46,087 bases of DNA. It comes from Neolecta irregularis DAH-3. Its lineage: Eukaryota. Where the stretch lies: the NCBI GenBank assembly GCA_001929475.1, contig LXFE01000124.1, positions 1 through 46,087 on the forward strand. The letters are read 5' to 3'. The position numbers and the translations under genes were made by a program. The notes beneath the pieces were generated by a model that was not told the origin of the DNA, searched no databases, and saw only the letters and a program-made list of their open reading frames with translations. This document shows, piece after piece, positions 1 through 12,470 of this stretch (positions are counted from its first letter, which is position 1; each line of letters opens with the position of its first letter).

Positions 1-377
1 GGCTTCCGCACGCACCGCCTGGGCCCTGTGGCTGACGGCGACTCGCTGGGCGGCGGCGATTCGCTGGGCGGGCTCGCGTTTGTGGCGGCGTCGCTGTCGG
101 CGCTACGCCAGATCGGGTCGCGCCCGCTGTACGCGCAGCTGTTTGTAGACGCGGGCACGCTCACGCACCGAGGTATGTCATGTCCGCGCGCGCCGCGCTA
201 ACGTCAGTGGCGGCCCTAGCGCGCTGCCCCAGCATTGCCGTGGGCAGCGGCCTCGTGTACCGCCACGCACTCGCCCGCGTCGAACTCAACTTTGCTCTGC
301 CCCTCGTCATCGCCCGCGGTGAGCGGCCACGCAAGGGGCTGCAGTTTGGGGTCGCTGTCGACTTTGGGGGTGTTTAG
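1..377 (+). CDS. SAM50: 3' end of mitochondrial outer-membrane beta-barrel assembly protein Sam50/Tob55 (Omp85 family); starts upstream of the window
   Basis: Frame from base 1 reads GFRTHRLGP..DSLGG..LFVDAGTL. After a 35-nt intron (173-207, GTATGT..GCTAAC..CAG) it continues ..PSIAVGSGLVYRHALARVELNFALPL..RKGLQFGVAVDFGGV*, matching the Sam50 C-terminal strands and beta-signal. Confidence 0.85.
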
Positions 378-660
378 TATATTCTCTATTCTATATCATT
401 CTATATCATTCTATATTCTATATCATTCTATATTCTATATCATCCTATATTCTATATCATTCTATATCAATCACCTATTCATCTATATCATTCAATATCA
501 ATCATCTATTCATCTATATCAATCATCTATTCATCTATTCATCTATATCAATCATCTATTCATCTATATATCATCATAATCATATATATACCATAATCAT
601 ATATATACCATAATAATATATATACCATAATCATATTATATATCACCATAATCACACATC
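378..660. repeat. G-free low-complexity tandem repeat tract (TCTATATCAT, TCATCTAT and ATATATACCATAATC units)
   Basis: No G on the + strand from 378 to 660. Successive blocks of related short tandem units are directly visible. Confidence 0.95.
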
Positions 661-676
661 GTCACCTACCAACCAC

Positions 677-3600
677 ATGGACAACAGACCCGTCCAGCTC
701 CGCCGCAATCGTCTGGTCGCTATTGCTCCTCCAGATTCATCCCAGCCATACTCCTACACAGATCCCTGGCTGGACCGGTATACACTCTCGTAATACTATC
801 GTAATACAAGGCCCCATTTCACTGCCATGTCCGATCTCAAAATCGACGCCTTTTTGCGAGAGGCCATAGACTCGCTGATCCCCACCCCGAAATTCGACAA
901 GTCTTCCTTCTCCCAAGCCCTCAAAGACCACTCAAACCCCCGCGTCCTCGACATCCTCGTCGACGTCCTCGAATCCTTTGATACCTTTATCCACACACAC
1001 TCCTCCCCCCACCGCCCCCTCTTCCTCGACCTCGTCGTCTTCTTCATCGTATCCCCCTAGACTCCCCCGCTCACCCTAGAACAATGACGTCCTGTCCCTC
1101 GAATCCATCGCGGAACGCTTCTCCGCCGCCACAATCGCCTCCCTGAAATTCACCCCCGGCGTCGATTTCGCAAAAAGATACCGCGTCCAAAGAACAAACC
1201 TCCTCTACAAGCAAAAGAAATTCAACCTCATCCGCGAAGAATCAGAAGGCTACGCTAAATTAATCGTCGAGCTTTCAAATATGACCGCGTCCCCCGCTAT
1301 CGTCATCGACAGGATCCAGTCCCTAATCGGCTACTTTGATCTCAGCCCCGCAAGAGTCTTGGACATCCTCTTTGATGTATACTCTTCAAATCTGCTGGAA
1401 GGTTACTCCTTCTTTTGCGATCTGTGCAAATTGAGCCCCTGGTGGCCTGAAACTCTCGCCTCAGAATGGAAAGTAATGTCAAACGAACAGAGACTCGCTG
1501 CAATGCAATCGGGAATCGCACCCAGCCTAACAACCACGGGCTCCTCAGACAGAGCTAGCCAGATCATGGGCTTCAAGTTTCAAGGCTACCACGACTCGGA
1601 CGAGGAAACCCCAATGCGCCTATCCCTCCTCGCCGCCATTCTAATAAAAGAGGGCATGATTGATTTGAAAATTATCTACAAACACGTATCCTCCCAAGCT
1701 ATCTTTCTTACTCAAGTTGCAACCCCATCATTCCGCCATTCTCGAATTGCACCAGTCCTGGAAAATTGAAATGGCCCAAAAAGTTGGAAAGCCAGCCGTT
1801 TTATTCCTCCTCTTCGGCGCTAATCTCAGGCCGCCCCAGAGGCTAAACCCTCTTTTCAAAAGATTTCTCTGTTAAAATCACTCCTTGCCGTCGGCGCCTT
1901 GCCCGAATCCCTATTCATTCTTTCCCAGTACCCTTGGCTTCCCTCTTTTGATCCAGAAATTGCAGATTTAATGAACAAACTCATAAACCACACCATCGAA
2001 CCCTTATATTCCACTATCCGCCCACTAAACGGCCTCGAAATCTTTTCGCCCAAAAAACGCCCCACGGATAAGAAAGCTGGAGAATTACATCTAGTCGATC
2101 CCGCAAAACCTATTGGCTATCGAATTTCAAATCCCCTTCCAAAGGGCCCTAATGAGCGTTTCTTTTATCGGGAATGGGACCAAGAAATCCCAGTCATACA
2201 CACCTTTGAAGAATTCCACCGCGTAATAGTCCCCTTGCTGCGGTTCCCCGGCTGTCTTTTATCGCGAGACGTTTTCCTATTGCATAAACTCGTTCGATTG
2301 GGAATTCGAGAAATTTCTATACTCCCTACACAATCGCCGGTCTGGCAGGACCTCGTCCGCACATTCGTCCTCCCCAGTCTGTCGCTACAACCAACCAACG
2401 CCGGCTTGACAAACCTCGTTTGGGAATTACTAGCCAGCTTCCCGTATACCACCCGTTTCGGCATATACGGAACGTGGTCGTCCTCGTATAAATCCATTCC
2501 TGAACTAAAAATCCAATTCGCGCAAACGGAAAAAGAAGCAAAGGGCATATTAAAGCGGCTTTCAAAAGAAACAACACGACAAACAAGTCGTACTTTTCCT
2601 AAACTGATTCATTCGAATCCTATCGTGGTGTTTGGAGTCGTCCTCGGACAAATCCAGGCTTATGATAATCTCTCCGAAACAGTAGTCGAAGTAGCGAGAT
2701 ATCTCGGTCCAATGGGCTACGACGTCTTTGCTTATGTTTTGCTCTCGCTCCTTTCCACAGACGATAAGCGACGGTTGAAAGACGATGGAACGAATCTAGG
2801 ACACTGGCTACAAAGTCTTTCTTCGTTTGCAGGAAAAGTGTACAAACGCTATCCTGCAATGGACGTTTCTCTACCTCTAGAATACGTCGTCTGGCAACTA
2901 AAATCAGGCCAAACTTTCGACTTGGTCGTGTTGAAAGAATTGCTCATCAATTTGTCCGGCGTAGATAGTATCGTCAACTTGTCCGATGCGCAAATTAAAG
3001 ATGTCTCGGGCGGCGCCGTGCTCAAAGAAGTCTTTCTAAAAGACGTCTTTTGGAAAGAAAAAGATCGCTCAAAAAAGAGTAGTGCGCGGCTTTCTAAAGT
3101 ACTCCAAGGCCCCCTCGGACGAGAATTCGTTAAACTGCTGCCCATCGCTAGACAGACAGTCGTTTATCAGCAGGCTGACAGAATCTCCATTCCAAAGTTG
3201 CTCGCAAACTTGTTCGACGAGGTATACCACCTTCTTTCCAAGCTAATGCAAGTGCCATGAAATTATGATCTTGTTCGCGGATTTCATCGCGAATTCGCTC
3301 TGGGAAAATTACTCGGCTTTGGTCCCGAGTATTTCTACGTTTCTCGGAGAATGGGGCGTGGACCCGGAATCCGCTTTTTACTTTTTACGACCGGTGATGT
3401 TGGAGAATATCAGGGTATATCCAATCTTGACGATTCTTACGGTCTAGGAATGGGATACTAACGAGACTATTAGGATACAGCGCGAAGCGCTTCTTAAAAA
3501 GCGCGCAGAGAACGGGATTGAAGTCGAGGAGGGAGAGGATTCAGGTGGAGGAAAAGATGATGTTTTGATGGTGCGCTCCAGTTTCAACTTGCCGACAAAC

Positions 3601-6267
3601 AACAAGGAAAGCGGAAACGAGGGGTTTCCATTTCATCCTGCGTTGAAATCTTTCTTTCAAGATGCAGAAAAAGTGTTGCCTGAAGAGTTCAAGGAACTCA
3701 TTTCGCAAGTCTAAAAACATGCTTTTGTTAACCCTAGACCTGAATTTTTCATTCTGTTCTGGCAACTCGATATTTCGGATATTCACGTCCCGCTGGCTCG
3801 ATACGCCGCCGCTAAAGATAAACTTGCTTCCCAAATTCGAACTCTTGATGTTCCCGCACATCTTTTACCAGTATATTCTTGTTTCCGCATCATCTACCCA
3901 TGTAGACTATGACCGGCAGAGAAAAAGAGGACCTTGCAACAAAAAAGTCAGACTTCAATAGACAGCTTTTACTCCTCACAGATGAATCAAAACGTCTCGT
4001 ACGATCATTTGAAAAAACTCGGAAACGATTCAATTTGGAAAAAGATCACTGGTTTCGGTCAAAGTTGCCGGGCGAACGCATCAACGTTGCTGAATTCTTT
4101 ATTCAGCATTGTGTTTTCCCCAGAGCAAAATTCAGCCCAAAGGACGCTATTTTTGCTGCAAGGTTTATTAAACAGTTGCATGCCCTCGGAACTCCAAATT
4201 TCCCAACACTGGTTATTTACGACGATGTACCCTGCTACCATATCACATGCTCATCTCTAGATTTTCAATGAACGATTTGCTTCGATAATTCCTACATTCT
4301 CACAATACGAAGCGGACAATTACGGTCGCTTTGTAGCGGAATGTCTGGCCGAGTTGATGTTATGGCACAAGGATGAGTCTCTATTCAATAAAGAAGGTCG
4401 TGGAAAGAATCTTCCAGGGTTCTACAAGCGCGGACTAATCCGTATCGACGACAATGAACCCGCTGAAGAAAAAGCTAAGCGATTACTAACGTACGAAGAA
4501 TTTAGGGCGGTGATGTTTAAATGGTCAATGAAACTAGAAAAGGTACATTGTCATCTAGTTGTTTCCAACATCCTAGTCTGTAAAGGTTTGTCTTGCGTCG
4601 AAAGAATACATGCGTATTCGAAATACGCTAGTCATTCTGGGAAATATCGCTCACGTTTGGCCTGCAAATGACGAGCACGGAGATCATGTTATCACGTACA
4701 TGGAGGAACTCTTAGCCGAGGAAAAAGCGGACGATTCAACGGAGGAAAAGAGGCAGGATATCATTACGAGAGGCGATGGATGTCTGGGACTATTAAAGAA
4801 GAATAAAGACCGATGGATTCCAAGGGAGGAATTTTCTCTCGCAAGTATTTGGTGTGGTGACTTGTTGACGCCAGGGCAAGGATACCAAGAAAGGCGAATC
4901 AACAACGGATCGAAATGTGGAACTAAATCCAAGTGCAGCGGACTTTTGTCCCGGGTATAAATTGTTTTCTGCAATTCTGATATAGAGATCGGCTCAGCAA
5001 TTGTCTTTGGTATCCACGGAACCCTTTCGGCGACCTGCGAACGGCACGAATGGAACGGCATCCCGGACAACCACAATGCAAACTCCAGATATGAAACCAC
5101 CACCAACTGAACCACTTCGGTCTCGCGCTTTCAACGACCCTCGTAGAGATGACAACGGGAGTCCCTTGCGTCCGTCTAGACCCCACGACGAGTGGAAAAG
5201 AGACGAAGATCGACGCGGTCGACTTATCAACTCGAGAGAACCGTCACCCCGAAGAACTCCGAGATCTGACAGTCGAAATCGGTTGGATGGGCAAACGAGA
5301 CCTCGAGACGACACGGTGAGACTTTCTAGATCAGTGGGGGGTTCCCCACGGGGAGAACGAAGGTATTCAAAGGCTGAAAAATAATCCTAATAAAAGCGAT
5401 ACCATTGATCGACCACCTTCAAAACAACAAACGTCTGAAGAACTTGAAGCTTCTCTTCGAGCACAACTCAAGAATAAAGATTCGCCAACGTTATTCAAGG
5501 AACCACCGAGTCAGCCTCGTTTACACAACCAGCATCCCCGAGCTCCTACTAGTCGAATTCCGCCTTCGGGGCCGGCATCAACACGAAACGAGGCTCCTCC
5601 TATCCAGCCTAGGATAATGGGGACTCTGGGATCCAGTTATCGGCCTGAAACATGGGTGCCGGGTAGTCGGGATCACCCTAGTTGCGCGCTGCTTCTTCCC
5701 AAACCTGCCATTGAGGCGAGATTAAACGGCAAGGAAGTGTTTTGGGAGGGTAAAAGGGATGACCGAGAGAAGGAAGATCGATCCCGAGACGATCGACGAG
5801 ACGATAGGGATCGCAAAGATGATCGAAGAGAGTTTATGAAAGCGGACCCGATTCGACCGGATATAGCTATTCGTAGTAGACCACCAAGTCGGGGAGAAAA
5901 TCGAGAAACGCATCGATCGTCGCATCGAGATGATAAACGGGAAATTTCCCGAACTGGACAGCCGCGTAACCGGGATTTTCCACGCAGCGACCACCACCAC
6001 CGGACCGAGGAGAATTCCAGTCGTCGAGAGTCGCTGGTAGGAATATCAATTCGAGGCACGGGGGCGCCCCGGGACGAGCGAGAACGACGACGGGACGAGG
6101 ATCGACGGGAAGATTCGCGACACGAGACTATTATCCGGGAACCGCGACGTGAAGAACGGCGACACCACCGACGGAGGAGCAAGAGTCCTGAGCGACGGGA
6201 ACGGAGGAAACACGAGCGCGAGGAGGATCGACAGGGAGTATCAAAGAGGAGGAAAACAGATCGGTAA
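677..6267 (+). CDS. THO2: THO complex subunit 2 (Tho2/THOC2), multi-exon
   Basis: ATG 677; introns e.g. 778-810, 1049-1079, 3222-3252. Motifs LLYKQKKFNLIREESEGYAKL, LIGYFDLSPARVLDI, RLKDDGTNLGHWLQSLSSF and FFIQHCVFPRAKFSPKDAIFA, plus an R/D/E-rich tail ending at 6267. Some internal boundaries are uncertain. Confidence 0.93.
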
Positions 6268-6677
6268 AACTTGGTTTTTTTTCCGATCAAGTAGATACTA
6301 AATATAATATACCAATGGACGAGCTAAACAAACCGGTTTCGTGTGGAAACATCGGCCCAATCTTTGAAGGGCCGAGATTGGTTTCAGCTAAAGCTTAAAC
6401 AGGATGGCTCAGACATGGCGGTAGGAATCCAAAATCATGGCTCTCACCGCACATTTCCCTTTGAGCGCATTTCGAGCGGTTTGTAATGCGCTGACGGCCG
6501 GTAGCCAGTCGCAGGCCGTAAGCGGGATATGGAAATTAGCCGATAGCTGACGTCAGCGGCGCTAAGCGGACCAGGCACGACCGAAACACAAAAAGTGCAG
6601 GGGTTAGCCGAGCGGGGCACAACTAACTTGCTGGCCTCTGTTCTCTTAAACTGCCAGCACCCCGCTTGTCCTTCTCC

Positions 6678-8406
6678 ATGACCTTTTGCTATCTCAGCAG
6701 GTTGAGTGCGCACCTCGACTCCTTTTATTCTATTGAGCTTGTGCCGTTTCACCGATCTATCAAGGTACAGGCGTGTTCTACCATCGAGCAACTCGCGCAT
6801 CAGATCGAAGCAGATTTTGACGGCAGCGTGTGTGTCGCTTTTCTTCTAGACTACGAGGATGACGTTATTCTGAGGTGGCATGAGACTGTGGACGAGGTGT
6901 TGCCCACCAGAGGTGCAAGAGTCAAAGTCATAGATTTGCTGCGTACCATTGTTCCACCTGCATGACGTGCTAACGGTGAAAGATTCTACTCCCCTCAAAC
7001 GCAACATTCACATTTCACCCTTTCGTCCTTCTTCGAGTCCGTACCCCTTGACTCTGCAGCCAGCCTTGCTCGGCACCCCTGAAGATGCATTCCCTGCTTC
7101 AGCCTCAAATCTTGATTTAATATGTTTGAATACACTGTCATTAACTTCATTCGCCGGGTTTGCTCTTCGAAAGAATTTCCTAGAGGAACTAGTCTTTTAT
7201 TTGGATTATAAATCAAAATGTCCGAATGATTATTTATTTTCTCTTTATTTGCACGCAAATAGTCCGCTTCGTTTACCTGTTTTAATGTCTGAGATAACCA
7301 CTGTTGAAGGCGCATTTGAAATCGTCGAGCGAGGCGTCTTGAAACGTTGGGCAGTATCTGCATGGGAAGTATCAGAAGAAGGAAAATGGTTCTGGAAACT
7401 CAAATCTAGTCGTATTCCTCCTTTGTTTCAAGTTTGCTGACTCTGAGACTCGGATCTCTGTGCTTCAACGACTTTTGGACCCTCATCCTCAAGCGATCTC
7501 ACCTCTATACTCTTTACAACCTTTGCTTCCAACCCAAAAGTCGATTTTGAAGCTCGGGAAAAGGTTCTCGGAGTGATTTGCCGCAAATATTTCGGAGATA
7601 GTATCTCGGCCAACGGGTACCTGTTAAAAACAGCTCTCAGTTTATCCAAGCCCGAACGCATACGAAAGCAAATCCTTTTCGATCTTCTCAGTCGTCATAC
7701 CCCGTCTGTTGTTATCCCTTTTGAATCAGCAGGGGTTCCGACAATATCAGAAGAATTAGTCGCATTCGACGAAGATTACAGTGACCTTGAAGAAGAAGAA
7801 CCAATTCTCAATACCGACGACTCTGAAGGCTCATACATGAAAAATCTCTTACAACCCAAACCACTCATCTCAGACGAAGCAAGTTTTGTCTTTCAGCAGA
7901 ATGGCCTATCGCCACAAACACGCCGCGAAATGCGCAGGAAACATGGAAAACTCTGTAAAATTCTAGGGGAGCCGCCGCCAGAAGATAAACTCGATGTCCC
8001 ACGTCCGCAAAGCGTTGCAAGTTTCGAAACTAGCTCGAGTTTTGATAATATCTATGACAGAGTAGTCGGTCACTCGTCGAAATTGAAATCCGCACAAAAG
8101 GTTTATTCATTGTTAGGCGAGCATGTTTCACCGTCTATCGCCTTGCGCCAGGTCGCCCCGAAAGCCAGAAGCCGTGTGGAATCCGTGAAGCAAGTCAAGA
8201 AATTGTGTAAAGTGTTTGGAGAACCGCCTCCCCCGGGTCATTTCTACGTCTTTCATACTCCACCCGAGAGCCCACAAACTAGTGTTTCTGAAGAGGACTT
8301 TGGGAATGGTGGGAAATGGAATCAACGAAGACGGGCGGAGAAACTGCGGAATTTCTTCGGGACTGGGGTTCCCGCTGAGCCTGAACGTGTCGGATCAATA
8401 TGGTGA
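6678..8406 (+). CDS. Putative signalling protein: possible ubiquitin/RA-like N-terminus, divergent RGS-like domain, four KL..(F/L)G..P repeats
   Basis: Three ORF segments joined by introns 6943-6981 and 7412-7447. LTSFAGFALRKNFLEELVFYLDY..LFSLYLHANSPLRL resembles the RGS pattern F..F.....ENL.F....Y..YI...SP.ELN. The domain call is by eye. Confidence 0.6.
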
Positions 8407-8839
8407 TCCCATGACTCTTACTGTCATTTTCTAATTGTCCCTCTTTTCTCTTGATACTGATCTCTTTACATTACTATCTAGATTGACAAATTCCTTTCAT
8501 TTCCTTATTTAGTCGAGTTCATGATTGTCTTGGTATAATCGCGTCACGGCGGGCGTGATTGGAGGTAATTTAGACACCACGTAGCTTCTAAAATAATGTT
8601 CATTCTTAAATGTTTCGGAAATGAGCGCTGCTTGTCATCTTTCTACAATGCTGTGACAGACGAAATTACATGGCAACCAACTGGTCAAGGCTCACTCTAA
8701 TATGTCTCATATCCATTCATATCTTTTTTATGTACAGCTGACAGTTTGGGGGTACTAAATCCATGAGTAAGGAAAGTTCCGTGGCTACCCGACATTCTCG
8801 GGTTCCTGTCCACCTTTCTTCGCTTTCCCATCACCAGCA

Positions 8840-9716
8840 ATGAATCGCCTCCACTCCACCCTCACCTCCTGGCGCGAACGTATAGTGCCAATAAACCACG
8901 TCTCCTCTTTCGACAAGACCGGAACGATAACTCCCGAAGAATTCGTGCAAGCCGGAGATTATCTAGTATACAAATTCCCGACTTGGAAATGGTAGATTTG
9001 GTTTAAATTCAGTACTTTATCTCATCTACAGGGAAGCAGGCGATCCCGCTCGTAGACGAGAGTTTTTGCCGGTAGATAAGCAGTATCTGGTCACGAAACA
9101 TGGTAATTTGGCGTCTTATCTGTTATTAATTCTAGTTCCCTGCATCCCTGGTAGATCAAACAGCAATGACAACGAAGCAGAACAACTCGAAGACGACTGG
9201 TACACGACTCCTTCTATTCCCCATAGTTCCGAGTCCGTTCATGATATCGACTCCGTTTCAGAACATTCCAATCCCATACTATCAATCGAAGAAGAAGACG
9301 CTGAGCATGATCCTTCTGCTGCGCCTCACACTCTCCAAACCCGAACTTATGATCTTCATATCACGTATGATAAATGGTACCAGACACCACGTCTCTGGTT
9401 GTTTGGATGGTCAGAGACTCAGGTCCCTCTTGGACCCAACGATATTCTTCAAGATATACAGTCGGATTACGCATCAAAGACGGTTACTATCGAATCTTTT
9501 CCAAACATCGACATGCAGATGGCCACAGTCCATCCATGCCGTCATGCCGAGGTAATGTTATCTTTCATCAAACGTTCAGACAATGTTCGAGTGGATCAGT
9601 ATACATCCCCTTTTTGCACACCCTAACTAATGCAATCAAGGTATTTATTGCTGTTTTTAAAGTTTATGGCAAGTGTTATGCCTACTATTGAACATGATCA
9701 AACCATGGGGTTTTGA
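8840..9716 (+). CDS. ATG3: Autophagy E2-like conjugating enzyme Atg3
   Basis: [55 protein letters not shown], catalytic VHPCRHA and [15 protein letters not shown]; introns 8992-9031, 9103-9135, 9599-9640. Confidence 0.96.
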
Positions 9717-10196
9717 ACATTGGGCTTGCTTGGATTAATGGAGCTGTTTAAGTTTTTACTTGACTGTATGTCTTTTTCAATTCTTCTTGTGGGCTGTAGA
9801 TAGGCAATACATCTTTATTTCCTTTGATCGGAGTTGAGATTATCTTCGATTCGACATATATCATCAAGATTTTCTCTAGCTTTCATAATTATGACGCTAT
9901 CTCGTCGCTTAGCCTGTCTGATCAGTCAACTAGTTGGTGGTGTTTTGCAGTTGATGTTGGGTATAATGGATTTGTTTAATTATTATCAATCCAATATTCT
10001 ATCAAAGGCTTGGAGCAAGACATCGCTTACGACAAAATCATATCTCTAACAGTTCACACTATTATCTCTATATCACTGTTATGGCCCTCTAGGCCTCTTC
10101 ATGGCATATCAATAATGACAGACAGAGAGAATCATCCTTGTCATCTGCCATCGCCCGGTTCTTTGCAGATTGAAATGTGTTACATTCGGTTCTGAC

Positions 10197-12408
10197 TTAC
10201 CCCACTTCAATTCTATTATCACTAATAATCTCGATATTCCACTCATCCTCTCCAACCCGCTTTAGAAAATAGAAACCTTTCTCGACTCTTAATTTGCCGG
10301 AAAATAAACCCAGTCTTCCGTCTGAAATATTCTCTTCCCAGATTACCTCTTCATTTTCAGCCAGAAACTGCAGCCCGATAAACTCTCTTGAAAGCACTAT
10401 GATCCAAATTTCAGTCAGTCGCGAGACAGTAATGTGGACTTGTTGATTAGTCGTCGCTAAAGACTTCTTAAATTTTCCCTAGATCATCGTCAAAACTAAG
10501 TGATAATTGATACGATACCGCATCATAAGGCGCCAATTTTTCCAGTTTAATGAAAGAGTCGCTTTCTACTTGAATCTCATATCCCCCCTCTGTACTTTCA
10601 AAACAAGTCGGAATAACAATATATTTTCCTGGATCAAGTACTTTTAAAATGACTGCTTGTGAGGGTTGATAATTGCCGCTGTTCGCAAGACAATCACCAC
10701 TGCGTAACCTGAGTATGAGCCTGCAATATGCGAGAGCTAAATGTACCGATCAACACGCTCATCAGAAGACAAAAGATCAAGTCTAACCAATCCTTTGGCA
10801 GATGTAATAACAAGTGCAACAAACGAGACTGAAGTAATGGTAATTCTATATTGTTGATTTGTAATGAAAGTTGATGAGTTAATCTTCGAGGTTCCTTTCC
10901 AGAGAGCTATCTCCTTGCAACGAAATGCGGGCGAGGCTACATGTTCACAGTATATTGATTCCTGAGAATATAATGAAATAGTCCAGTTTGACGAGCTTGG
11001 AGACACAGGCACAAGGATTCGTGGTCCTGAAAAAGGCTTTAATCGACAAAATGTATAGAAGGAATCCAATTTATGTCCCTGGAAACAATTGTCAGTGCAA
11101 AGACGTTGGAAAGAAGTCTCACCTTCAGAATCGGATTCTTGAAATCATAAATCTTTGTTGATCCAAGAAAAACATCCATTGCAGTCCATGTGTCTGTCCA
11201 GGTAGAAATATGTTGACTTAATAAAACGCAAATCTCCCCATGCGAAGGGTGTACCACAAATTGTTGAGGTCCTGAGAAATGTTTTTGATAACGATGACGA
11301 AACTGGACAGGGTCATGGGAAATATAGAGAGTCTCAAATGATCTGTGTAGCTGTGTCCATTCGTGCAATTTAGAGCCACCCCATGGGTTCACCACCCTGA
11401 CTGTATTCTGATCAAATTCTACCATTTCATTAAGCAGGAAGGAATCGTGAAAGGTACCAGTTAGTGCAAAATTATGCTGGCCGATCTCTTCGTATTTATT
11501 GCTTCCAACAGTCATCACTCCCCCTCTTAGCCTAATTTCATCGAGATCTATCTCTGGCGAATGGAGCCTAACTATTTCAGGAATGTACCCGAGCAAAAGA
11601 AACAGATCGGTTGCAGAATTGCTCCCTTGAAAGTCATAGGAATTGCGTAACGCATGAAATGCTTTTTCAACAAGTATTGGACCAAGATGAGTCGACATTA
11701 CCGTCAATGGAGTTAAATCCAAGGAAACTGGAATATTGGGCGTAATGCTTAGCCTCCGGTACGTACCATTAAGGTAAATCTTGAATGTAAACGAAGACTT
11801 GTCCGCGAGAAGTATCGATGATAAATTCTACATGCTGAGCATTGCTCTGGTTCGAACGAGAAATACAGCAGCATTTAAAGGGCTCAGAGCTATCAAGGAA
11901 GCGACGAATGAACAATTTGAAAGCAGCATTTGCTTTATTTCCATTTGGTCTGGCCATATGTTTGAACCGTAAATCTCCCGTCCGTCAACCCAATGGTCGA
12001 TTTGATTTATCTGGTCTGGGGATAAAACAAGCTGATCTATTCTAACGTCAGTGGATCGCCGAAAGAACACCGGCCTACATTTCTGGAGATGGCTTCCCGT
12101 TCCACGGGGGAACTTTACAGCCAGATAATAAACTCCCTTTCAACAGGATTATTTCCTCGCTCTTCGAAAGGCCGTAGTTCCATTGTTTCAAACACTCCGC
12201 CTGCGCGAGGATTGATTTAATGTTTTGGGAGCGCTCCCTTCTGGATGAAGCTGTGGGTAACTGGGAGATATATATTTCCGATGCACGAAGAAGCGTTTTT
12301 ACGGCAAACGAGGGATTTGTAGAGGACGATGCAATATCTACAAGAGCCTGCTCAATAGATATACGAGGCAAATCGTTATATACATACCTTGGGATCTAGA
12401 GAAGCCAT
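10197..12408 (-). CDS. palB: Calpain-like cysteine protease PalB/Rim13 (calpain-7 type)
   Basis: Catalytic triad motifs Q..LSNCSFVASL, GQHNFAL and VRVVNPWG, plus LVEKAF..SYDFQGSNSATDLFLLLGYIPE. ATG 12408, first intron from 12387. The 3' end is approximate because GTAAGT at the stop may be another intron. Confidence 0.85.
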
Positions 12409-12470
12409 AAAATGTTTCTGTGGGGTGGTGGTATCATCCAAATCACATTTCTAATGCAACTTCTACTTAC

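Noticed and set aside
235-579. 114-aa I/Y/S/H-rich ORF
   Set aside because: It is a translation of the G-free satellite and overlaps the real SAM50 frame.
5673-6290. 205-aa R/S-rich minus-strand ORF
   Set aside because: Antisense shadow of the low-complexity Tho2 tail.
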